From: Minutocellus sp. GHC0000111
Taxonomy: Eukaryota
Direction: 5' to 3'
NCBI GenBank assembly: GCA_977018835.1
Contig: OZ361260.1
Coordinates: 1,116,001-1,180,000, forward strand
Length of the DNA: 64,000 bases
The notes beneath the pieces were generated by a model that made no database searches, had not been told where the DNA came from, and worked only from the letters and a program-made list of their open reading frames with translations. Below are positions 50,801-60,629 of the stretch, piece after piece. The stretch's first letter is position 1. Every line of letters starts with the position of its first letter. A program made the position numbers and the translations under genes.

Positions 50801-53800
50801 TGTAAAGATGTGAGCGGCAATCCATGCGTCCTCCCACAACCAAAGCTCCTTGCCGAGCCTATCAACCTCTCCCTGGACCCCAAGGCCACCGCATCTCAAT
50901 CATGCAAGTACCCTCCCAGTTCTGCTTTTCCAGCTTCCACGGCTATCGATGGAAATAAAGACTTATGTAGGACCGGTGGCTGTTTCAGTCTCACCTGTCT
51001 TGAACCCAATCCATGGTGGAGAGTCGATCTTGGCGCGCTGAAAAGGATTTATGAAGTGAAAGTTTTTGACCCACGTCCAGATCATGGCGCTGGAGTCATT
51101 CGACGGCTGCAAAAATTTCATGTCCGTTTCTATGCGACCGACCCCAGCATACCAAGCTCCTTGCCAATCCTTGACATTTATAAAGAAGCTTCCGGCAAAC
51201 AAGACGACATCACTGAAGAGAGTGCTAGAGTCATTAAGTTGAATGGAGAGGTCGAGGCAAGATATGTGGAGATTCAACTTGAGGGGATTGACCTTCTTCA
51301 TCTCCGCGAAGTAGAGGTGATGGGTTGGAATCTTCGATCACAAGTGTCGCCGGGACAGAAACGATCACTTTCTTCTTTCGCACCTATGTCCGAGAATTAT
51401 TGGGTTTTGACCCTGATTACATCGACGACAATGAGATCTGCAGATATTTTCATGATACCCAGTGCGACTATGATGATACCAATGAAGGCGTTGCTGACTC
51501 TGACGATCCCTTTAAATTATTCAACATCAAACCCATCAGGGGCGGTAAGATCTCAGACTTCAGAGGGTTTGAATTCGAGCCCTTTGAGTTTAATGATGTC
51601 ACATACACGCCAGATGATTTTGATGGATTCGAGTTCAAAGGGTTTAAGGAAACGAGATACCTATCGTTCAGACAAATAAAAAATATGAACTTAGATGAGA
51701 AAGAAGAAACCGAAAAACGAAAGGAGTGTCCAATTTCCCCCCATCTTCATTGACCCTCAAATATTTGCTTTCTCGTTTTCTTCCATATATCCTTGTGCCA
51801 ACATCCAGTCCCCTTTCCGGCGAACGATTACAAAGCGAGGCGACTGTCAATAGCGACGTTGACAAGACTTCAAGGTTTTAATGAATTGGCTGCAGCGACT
51901 GTGGCAACAATTGAATGTCCATTTCCATTGTGGATCGTTGCGGGTAATGGATCGGACGCGAAGTGCAAAATCTTCGACATGTTAAAATGATTATTGATAT
52001 TATTCGATAATTTCCCTCGATTTCTCCCTTAGAGTCGTGAGTAAACTTTATCCAGCTTTTTCAATCGTTTTGAATGTGCTAATCTTTCTCACCGCGCTAG
52101 CATCTATCATTAATCCAATCTCTTTCAATCAATTGTATAGGTATTGACAGGACTTGAAGAGCACTACAATGAGTTGTACGGGCCGTCGGAAGAATCGCTG
52201 GCATTAGACTCAAAAAGGATTGAAGCAACGTACGAAAATATCAGAAGTCTCAATAAAATTCTGTACGGCAACCTAGATATTGTCAACAACAATATCAATA
52301 TTCAACACGGAGAGGTTCGATCGACACTTGAAAGTCAACATGGCAAAATGATGGATCTCATATCAGAGCAGCACACTTCGATTGGAATTCAGCTCACCAC
52401 CCAGCACAATAATATCGGAAATCAGCTTACAGAGCAGCACTCGAGCATTGGGAAGCAACTGACTGATCAGCACAACAGCATTGGATATCAGTTGACGGAA
52501 CAACACAATAGCATTGGGGTGAGTTGTTTCTTTCCGCGTCTTGCACCGTTTGCTCTTGCCACGTGATATTATCTTACTAACTCTCTTTTTGTTCTCTTCT
52601 ATGTCACACAGGAACAATTGACGGATCAGCACAAGAATCTCCGCGCCTACATTGAGGAAATTGCACGCGCTTTGGGGGGTACGTCTAAAGCGGCGCCATC
52701 GGGACGTCGGTATCTGCAAAGTTCTTCTTCGACTATTTTGAGCTGGCCAGAGGGTGAAAGCATTCACGATTTAATGAAATCAACAAAAGAGACGCTAGAC
52801 AGCACTGTTGTGATGGAGCTCAAAACTATACTCCGCCGAGTGAACGAATTGAATGCCAACAACACCAAGCTCATTCTGAATCAATTGGCCGAGGAAAGCA
52901 AGACCTCATTGGACAAGAGCGCAATGGAAACAAATCTTGTCCTGTTGAAGATGAGCAATTTGGAATCGGAAATGACGGAACTTGAGTTCATTTTGACAGA
53001 TTCAGATACTGGATTGTCTACAATTTCTAGATCTACAGCAAATATCTTGCAAGGCATCGCCGAGGTGAATTCAGCAATCGCCTCTGCCCAGAACCTCGTC
53101 ACTTCCGAAGCGTCTCAAGTCAACGACCATGTCGACTCGAAGGTAACCGAGATATTGGCCAGCATCGACAAGGTCACTGCTGCAGTTGCTACCAAAGCGT
53201 CCGAGGTTACTTCAGAGGTCGGGGGTAGAGTTGACTCGATGTTATCTGATGCCCTGAAACAACTCATTGGCGAGATGTCGCTGATGAAAGATCAGATTGA
53301 GCTCAAGTCGACTGTAGCTCTATCCAATTCCAAGGACGACGTACTACAGACAAATGCTCAAATTGACTCAAAGGCTTTGGAAATAATCACCAACGTGAAG
53401 AGTGAAGCAGATCAACTCAAGGCCCATATGGACACCAATATCAAAGAGATCGAGGCATACTTCCTCTCGCTCAGAGAAGATTCCCTTCCCAATCTCAGCG
53501 CAGTGCTCGATAAGGCCTCCAATGTCGAAGGCATTCTCACAAAAGGCGATTCGAGTCTCTCGACAATCAAGGACGCTACAATTTTAGCCCAGGCCTCCAC
53601 GGAAAAGATTCTTGTAGCGATCCAAGGAAAGATCGATGAGATGATCTCCGAAAACGCCAAGATTCTTGCCACGGGCGCCGACGCCCGCAACTCAGAATCT
53701 TTGTCGATAGTGGCCGAAACGGAAAGAATTGGAAAGGGCATCAAGGACCATACCTCCGAGATTGGCGATGGCATCTCGAACGGAGTAGGCATCCTCGAAG

Positions 53801-54747
53801 GTCGCATCAATGACACAGTTTCTACACAGGCGAACAAGATGTTGTCTACCATTTCCTCCGAGGCTACATCTACTCGATCTGCTGTCAACAATAGTGTAGC
53901 TGCACTGCAGAAAGATGTTTCCGATGCCCAGAAATACCTCCAAGAGAAAGTTGCGACGAAAGCCGAGATTAATGATATAAAGTCCGAGATCGGAGCAAAT
54001 AACGTCACCACTAGCAATGCCATAGCCGAGCTTAGTGCCGAGATGAAATCCGAGGTCACCAATGCGAAGGCTGATGTTGTGTCCAAGATCGAAGTAGCAA
54101 GGAATGCGACAGCTTCTGCGATCGAAGCGATAAGGTCCGAAATGAAACTAGAGCTGAGCGAAGCAAAGGCTGAGCTCGAGGCTCTCATCGGCAAGCCAGC
54201 ACCGAGCACTACCGGCGGCCTTTCGAGCGATGTCGCCCGCGTCAGTCCCAGCGGCGGAGGTGAAGCCAGCGTTGGTGCGGCGCTCGGGGCCTCGCTCGGA
54301 CTCGAGGTTGACGTGCGTTGCTTACCTCGCATGCGTAATTCAACGGATGGGGCAGTAATGCTTGATGTTATGGTCAACACGCAGAGCTATGGCGACGACT
54401 GCGACGCCAACATTACTCAGGTACTGGCTGTTTATACCAACAAGAATGGCGATTACAAGAGCCAGACTGGCCAAATTCAAGATGTAACGCCGATTTCCAC
54501 TGGAATGCATATCGTCCGTTTCATCCTAAACAAAGACGATGATGCCAACTTCGAAATCCAGTATGTGACCTCTCTTCGAATAACAGCTACAAAGAAGGAG
54601 AACGATGGAGGTATGTACAAGAAATCTGTAATACTGGACTACAGCGGCTGCTATGAAATGCATCGTCAGGCGGCACAAAATTCAAAGACCAACAGACTGT
54701 TGGAGCGCATGGTCAAACTCCTACGAAACAAGTTCAAGCAGACTTAG
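44870..54747 (+). CDS. Giant multi-exon secreted/surface protein: Cys-rich region, ricin-B lectin, F-type (fucolectin/F5-8C) lectin, 11-residue QH repeats, long coiled coil; lesions near 51320-52040
   Basis: Phase-consistent exons 44870-45553, 46510-48399, 48521-49282, 49443-49624, 49744-50437, 50543-~51722 (frameshift ~51322), ~51810-52036 (damaged), 52141-52518, 52612-54747. Ricin-type GLCLDV...VQ.WSCN...QQ.W twice; AIDGN...PWWRVDL...ARYV...LREVEV. The first exon may belong to a separate gene. Confidence 0.7.
45721..46453. mobile_element. MITE / non-autonomous TIR element in an intron, with internal arrays of ~18-20-bp palindromes
   Basis: Perfect ~48-bp terminal inverted repeat TATATGTTAGTCCCAAAATGCGCACTGTCCCAGTTCGCGAACTGGGAT in a TA context. 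About 11 variants of CCCAGTTxGCxAACTGGG near both ends. No coding capacity. Confidence 0.9.
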
Positions 54748-54887
54748 TAGTGAGATTCGTTGCATCTATTCTTTTTATGTAAATCAATTTTATATTAATC
54801 TAGATAATGCAGAAGTGTAAGTAAATAAGTTTATCTAAGTTGCACTTGCCAGTCTCGAAATGATTATTTGCATCCTCGGCAACCCTA

Positions 54888-55143
54888 TGCCGGTAGGTTG
54901 GGGGGCAAATCCTTGTCGAAAGCATTGATGAGGGATGGAGGCGCAAGTCCAAGCGGGTCCAAGGGCGAAAAATCTGAAGATGCACCAAAGAGATGTCGAT
55001 CGTCTTCAGTGCGACTCGGAGGCTATTAGCAACGATGGCGAGAGCAAACAGAATAAGCAAGAGGAACCACAGGCCAAGGAGGTGGCTGAGGAAGCTGCCT
55101 TGAGCAATGTCTCGATGTCTCGACACGATCGCTGACAGAGAGG
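54888..55143 (+). repeat. Diverged direct duplicate of the GPCR 3' end (42582-42843)
   Basis: Shared blocks TGCCGGTAGGTTGGG, TCGAAAGCATTGAT, GATGCACCAAAGAGA, TGCGACTCGGAGGCTATT, GAGGAAGCTGCC.TGAGCAATGTCTCGATG; encodes PQAKEVAEEAALSNVSM versus PQAKEMVEEAALSNVSM. Confidence 0.92.
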
Positions 55144-55411
55144 TAGGTTGATAATGTGTACTAATCTATTCATCCATCCATGCATCTACATGTAGATCTA
55201 CCCAATTCTGTTCCTAGGAATTCCTACATGTAAGTCCCACCTTCGTTTGGGTCTACGATCGTATACGGCTGTACTTTTGTGTCGCACTTTATCACGGCTT
55301 ACATGTAGGAGCTTGAGCTTCGACTTTGCAACTTTCATCACGAACGCCGACGACGGACAGGACGCTCAAATTCTGCTGTGCTCATTTTCTCTGCCCTCGC
55401 CATCTTGAACC

Positions 55412-56917
55412 ATGGGAGGACGGCGCATCGACCTGACCGGCCCACCGCGGCTGCAACCGTCGGATATCCGACGGATAGCTCGTGAGATTGGACCGTCCTG
55501 CACCGAGATCGACCTCGGATATGGCGATATCGTCACCGACGATGACAACGCCGACCACGACGACGAGTTGTTGTTCTCACCCTTCCAGGTCCTGTCCTTC
55601 CTCGTTGAGGAGCCGAACACCACTACTGATTTGATTGCTAACGATGACGATGGTGCTGACTCCTTGGAGCAATCAATCGCCAGGGTCAACATTTACTACC
55701 AGACGGGCACCGTGGCCATATGCCGGGCCATGAATGGCGAGGTCCGACAGGTATTCCGCCGACGGTGCAACCTGGCGGCCGTGGAAAGAATACTCCGCGA
55801 CCCCCCGCAGCTGACGTTGATTGGTTTGAACGCCAGCCTGGTCGACGAGTCGGCCTACGAGCTGGACGTCGATGCCATTCATGGTAGCGCGTCTGACAAG
55901 AAGGAACTGCAGAGAGAGCGGCAGCTGCATCGGGACATTGACATATGCGACACCGGGATGGCCATACTGCGGGGGGAGCTGGAATGGATCCAAGGGCAGA
56001 GCGCCGCCCTCGAAGAGGCGCAGCTGGCACTGGCGGACGAAGCCGCCGAGAGGGCCGAGAAGAAGATGCAAGCTGGTGGGGGAGACGAGGGGGACGAATC
56101 GGAAGAAGATGAGGACGACGACGAGGAGGAAGACGATGGCGGCAGCAGCGACAACGACAGCCTGTCCAGCCGCCGGGAATTCGAATTCAATCTGCCGCAG
56201 GACACGGTGGCCGACGTGGAAACCTTTTTGGCCGATTCGACCAATGATCCGATCCGATGCGTCGCCATCAATGGCATTGGTGCCGTCCTCATCTACCAGA
56301 GTGGTGAGTGGGCCTATTCCAGCGATGGTCTGCCCAAGAAGCTCAAGAAGGCGCTCAATGTCTATGGTGACCAGGACGATGGAGGATCTGGCGGGAAGAG
56401 GCCCCCGCCTCCTCGGTACGCTGCGTTGGGCACCGAGGAACGATACTTCCTGACGTTTGGGTCCGGTGGTCAGTGTGGTATTTGGAATGGCCCGCCGGGC
56501 TTAGACGAGGCACTTACCAGTGGACTGAAGAAGCAAGGCAAACACAAGAAGAAGCAAAATAGAAAGAATGGACTTCCGGAGGCACGGCGGCACAGGCCGG
56601 TATCGTCGGTAGCCTTTGGTACCAAGATGGACACGTGGTTCGTCGTGTTCAAGGACGGGAGCTGGGAATACCGCGGCAAGGGAATCCCAGAAGGCCTCGA
56701 AGCTTTGCTCCAAGATCGCCGCAGCAAAGCAGATCTGGAGACCGTGACGCTGGGTGCGTCTGGCGAATGGTTCGTCAAGGCGAAGAATTGGAGAATGTGG
56801 TGGGGTGGCACGTCAGACGACTTTGATGAGTTGATGGATTACCTGGAAGAGTCAGAACGCTCGCCGACGTTCGTGGACTTTGGTCAGTACAATGCTTATT
56901 TTGTAACTCACGAATAA
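55412..56917 (+). CDS. Hypothetical 501-aa protein with C-terminal aromatic beta-type repeats
   Basis: Intact ATG-initiated ORF. N-terminal RVNIYYQTGTV domain, coiled-coil/acidic linker, about 4-5 repeats of the form V.(F/L)G....(W/Y)F.....G.W....P..L. Confidence 0.8.
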   Translation: MGGRRIDLTGPPRLQPSDIRRIAREIGPSCTEIDLGYGDIVTDDDNADHDDELLFSPFQVLSFLVEEPNTTTDLIANDDDGADSLEQSIARVNIYYQTGTVAICRAMNGEVRQVFRRRCNLAAVERILRDPPQLTLIGLNASLVDESAYELDVDAIHGSASDKKELQRERQLHRDIDICDTGMAILRGELEWIQGQSAALEEAQLALADEAAERAEKKMQAGGGDEGDESEEDEDDDEEEDDGGSSDNDSLSSRREFEFNLPQDTVADVETFLADSTNDPIRCVAINGIGAVLIYQSGEWAYSSDGLPKKLKKALNVYGDQDDGGSGGKRPPPPRYAALGTEERYFLTFGSGGQCGIWNGPPGLDEALTSGLKKQGKHKKKQNRKNGLPEARRHRPVSSVAFGTKMDTWFVVFKDGSWEYRGKGIPEGLEALLQDRRSKADLETVTLGASGEWFVKAKNWRMWWGGTSDDFDELMDYLEESERSPTFVDFGQYNAYFVTHE

Positions 56918-56961
56918 GTTAGGGGATTTCCTATTGCTTAGTTCTGCCCAACATTATCATT

Positions 56962-57636
56962 TCATACATTCTTTGCGCAATCAAAGATATGCATCACACC
57001 AGGTTTATTCAGCTCTGCATCATCACCAATCTCTTCAATAGTATCAAATGTACCTTGCAAGCCAGCCATTAAAGCGTCGTGAGCTCCCTTCCCTCGTCGC
57101 TGATACGATATTATGACAATTGGTTCTGCTGGGGCTGAAAGATGCAGAATCTGTTGAATGGTTTGAATTAGCGGTGCCACCAGCTCTTCCAGCCACACAC
57201 AGTCGGCAACTAGTATCACGTCGGGTGCTTGGTCCAACGCAAAGCCAACTTGAGATAGATGAGTTGGTGGATGGAACCAGTCCAAAACACGACATTCCAT
57301 TCGTTCGCAACCCGAGGACTTGGCACACGACATATTTCGTTGCACATTCTCGTCCATCAGCGGTAGGCAGTATTGCAAGTCTGTGAGTATCACCTCGGAT
57401 GCACACGCGAGTCCAGCTGCAATGCCGACGAAACCAGGTCCCGACCCCAGCTCCAGTACTCGCTTTCCTTTGATGATATCTGAATGCAGCTCCAAATACT
57501 TTGCGAGCAATATTGCGCCGTCCCAAATGTTTAGACCGGTTCCGTCTTCCTCTAATTCGTTTGATTGCTCTTTGATCATTAGCTGCTTTCCACAATACTC
57601 CATCCCGTTCGGATCGTAGTAAAAGTATCGTCCCAT
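56962..57636 (-). CDS. METTL21-like (family 16) protein lysine methyltransferase
   Basis: TGLNIWDGA, SAM motif I VLELGSGPG, ILTDL, LDW, ILVADCVW. Likely ATG at 57636. Confidence 0.88.
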   Translation of the reverse strand: MGRYFYYDPNGMEYCGKQLMIKEQSNELEEDGTGLNIWDGAILLAKYLELHSDIIKGKRVLELGSGPGFVGIAAGLACASEVILTDLQYCLPLMDENVQRNMSCAKSSGCERMECRVLDWFHPPTHLSQVGFALDQAPDVILVADCVWLEELVAPLIQTIQQILHLSAPAEPIVIISYQRRGKGAHDALMAGLQGTFDTIEEIGDDAELNKPGVMHIFDCAKNV

Positions 57637-57687
57637 GATTGCAGCCCCAAAAATGACACAAAGTCGATTGATTCCGTCTCGCTGACC

Positions 57688-58482
57688 ATGGAGAAGTTGA
57701 AACAAATCTGGAAGGCCGCCCCGTTGGAGGACTGCCCTATTTGCATGGTTCCTCTTCCTCGAGATCAATCTCTGAGTGTATATCTCACCTGTTGTGGAAA
57801 GCAATTTTGTTCTTCTTGCATCCACCTGCATGAAGTCACGATTGATGGACTGAATGAGAAGAGAGCCGAAGATGAGAAACCGCCCTTGCCTCTGACTTGT
57901 CCGTTTTGCCGATGCCCCCCGCCCCACGTTCGAAAAGAATACATCAATCGGTACGAATGCCGGGCGGGACAGGGAGACGCTTATGCGACCTTCACCCTAA
58001 GTTATTACTATCGAGAAGGTATGCATGGCCTCAACAAGGACGAAAAGAAAGCGAATAACCTACTTCACCAGGCAGCCGAACTTGGTCATGCTGATGCTAT
58101 GTGCTATCTAGGAAAGTTCTATTTTTTTGGGTGGTATGGTTTTATCAAGGGCGAGCAGAAGGGCCTATCTTTAATTGAGAAAGCTGTGCTAGAAGGAAAT
58201 GTATATGCCTTTCGCGTGATTGGCCAAATTTTGATCGAACATGGAAAATTCGACTGCGGTGTCAGAATCATTCGAGAATCAGCTGCTTTAGGCGATGACG
58301 CATCTGTGAAATATCTCTGGAAACTTTTCAGAGGCGGAAACATCAGCAAAGATCATCTCGAGGAGTCCCTCCGACAGAACCAAGCGGCGAAGGAGGAGAT
58401 GAAGAGTGAAGAGCGCGACCGCTACGAAAAATGGAATAAAGCCCAAGCGGAGAAGAAACTGAAGGAGCAAGAGATGGCTTGA
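57688..58482 (+). CDS. RING-like zinc finger plus Sel1-repeat protein
   Basis: EDCPICMVPLP...CCGKQFCSSC...CPFCR followed by Sel1 repeats (YREGMHGLNKDEKKA, AAELGHADAMCYLG) and the family C-terminus MKSEERDR. Confidence 0.85.
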   Translation: MEKLKQIWKAAPLEDCPICMVPLPRDQSLSVYLTCCGKQFCSSCIHLHEVTIDGLNEKRAEDEKPPLPLTCPFCRCPPPHVRKEYINRYECRAGQGDAYATFTLSYYYREGMHGLNKDEKKANNLLHQAAELGHADAMCYLGKFYFFGWYGFIKGEQKGLSLIEKAVLEGNVYAFRVIGQILIEHGKFDCGVRIIRESAALGDDASVKYLWKLFRGGNISKDHLEESLRQNQAAKEEMKSEERDRYEKWNKAQAEKKLKEQEMA

Positions 58483-58600
58483 GAGGTGTATAGAGATGGT
58501 ATTAGTGGTATCTCGTGCAATGCATCCGAGATACCATCTATTGGGGATCCCTAGCTACGTAGAGCGATAAAACTGGGAGTTGAATTCATATGTGTATGTC

Positions 58601-58804
58601 TTATGTGCAATTCTATGCAAAATGAAGTTGTCGGTATCGTATCCATTCGCGCCCAGTCCTACAACAAGATATTGTCAGACTGAACCATCGATGAACCGCC
58701 ATCCTCACCAACCACAATGGCCTCCCCGGTCTCATACTTCCCAGATAGTATATTCTTACTAACTTGATTGTCCTTGTTCTCGGCAACATTGGCAATCTTG
58801 ATAC
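58601..58804 (-). repeat. Direct duplicate of the 3' end and 3' UTR of the beta-helix gene (60579-60772)
   Basis: About 145 nt of coding sequence nearly identical (IKIANVAENKDNQVSKNILSGKYETGEAIVVGEDG[G]SSMVQSDNILL; one 3-nt insertion, TAG versus TAA); UTR part more diverged. Confidence 0.95.
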
Positions 58805-59371
58805 GTACTAGTAGAGAGTACGTACGTATTTTTGGTGAGCAGTCACAGGTCACTGCCTCGCACATGCAGCTTTTTCTGTTGAAGGCAGGCCCGCACGCAC
58901 CTTCACGATCGTTCACTCACCTGGCTGGGTGACACCGGGCGGCAAAAGTTTTCCCCGAAGCGAACGGGCACAAAGTCAAAAAGTTCCCGAACACATTACC
59001 AAGGTGCGTACCGAATGAAGAACCATTTCGAACGGCGTGTGCCTTTGATCGCTTCCATCCCTTTGTTGACTCACAGTATTGTCTGTCATGCATGAACAGT
59101 GGTGCATGTACTCGTATGTAGCCAGGAAAATTGCGCGCGAAATTCCGATACACCTGCCCTGACGCACGTGCGTTGTTTGCTCGCATTGCCTTCTCAATTG
59201 CTGACCATGTGCTTTCTCTTCTTTTGCTTCCTCTTTTGTCTCGTGCCTCCGTGTAGTTATTGTTACTCGTAGCATATAGGCAAATCGCGAAAAGAAGCAA
59301 GTCCGCCTAACCCTACCACAACCATAACGAGACATTCGCCGAACAGAACACATTCGCGTCATAAAAACATC

Positions 59372-60498
59372 ATGATGAACATGGTCACGATCGACGTTCC
59401 GACAGCAACCCACGAGGAGAACTCCAATCCGTCTGCGTCCACGCCAGATACAAGGTGCAACCGACGCACTGTTCTCGCATCGGCCGCCGTTGCGGCACTT
59501 CTCGTCGGCGCTGCCTTGGCGGTTGCTTTCGCGTATCCAGCGTCGTCACCAATTGAGTCATCATCCAATGGCGCATCAATCACTTCGGCCCTGGGCGATA
59601 CCACTCCTGGTAGCGAGACGTTGCAGTATCACACTTCCAAGGGTGAGGCCAAGAAGGGGCTGTACACCGAGTTCTACGCTGCCAATGAGAAGGGCCCGGT
59701 GCTCCCCGATAAGGTCGAACCAGATCGGAAGGAAAGCTTCGACGGTGATAGCGATAGCGGTTCGTCCGACAATCCCTACCACGTGAACGAGGGCGAGACC
59801 GAGAAGGATCTCTACACCGCCTACTACGGAGAAAATGGGAAGGACCAGCCTCAGATCATCGACGAGGCGCCCACTGACAGCATCGAAGAACGCAGCTCAC
59901 CTTCCACCACAGAAGAAGTGGCCGCAACGAACAAAGGTCTCAGCGGCAGCGGCGAGGAGGACATCGATGTCGCCATCCCTCATCAGACCGCTGATTCCAG
60001 TACCGGCTGCCAGCCCTCCACCAATGGCATCGGCCCTTCTCTCAACGATGCACATTTCGGAAGATGCGAAGACGATTGTTGTCGGTGCTAGCAAGGATGA
60101 CCACAGTGAGGGCTACGCCCATCGCGACGCTGGTTCTGCGTATGTCTTCACCAAGGACGACAACACTGCGCAGTGGACTGAGGCTGCCAAGCTGAAGCCA
60201 GAGGGAGCAACGACGTACAAGGACTACTTTGGCTTCTCGGTTCAGATCTCCAAGGATACGATTGTTTTTAGGTGCCATGTATGACGACGACGGCTCGTTC
60301 AACGCCGGTTCTCTCTACGTCTTCAAGGAAATTAACAACGAATGGATTCAGCAGCACAAGTTACTTCCTGATGAAATCGGAGACACCTTCGGTTTCTCCA
60401 TCGCTATTGATGGGTCGACAGTGGTTGTCAGTGCGCATGGGGACGATCAAAATGGAAGCGGCAGTGGTGCAGCATATGCCATTGAGTTGGAATGTTAG
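59372..60498 (+). pseudogene. Membrane-anchored FG-GAP (integrin alpha beta-propeller-like) repeat gene with two frame disruptions
   Basis: TM VLASAAVAALLVGAALAVAFAY; FG-GAP units ISEDAKTIVVGA...AGSAYVF, DYFGFSVQISKDTIV...GSLYVF, DTFGFSIAIDGSTVVVSA...GAAY. Frame breaks near 60055 and 60267. Confidence 0.75.
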
Positions 60499-60629
60499 AA
60501 AGTATACAGTATTTTCTGTACAATGCATGTATAATGAAACTCCTTAGATATACAATTTATTCCATTCTTGTTCAACAATTATGTGCAATTGTGTGTAAAA
60601 TAAAGTTGTTCGGCATCGTATTCACAGTC

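Noticed and set aside
56962..57927. 321-aa long form of the methyltransferase
   Set aside because: The extension is antisense to the RING domain of the neighbouring gene and begins at a non-ATG codon.
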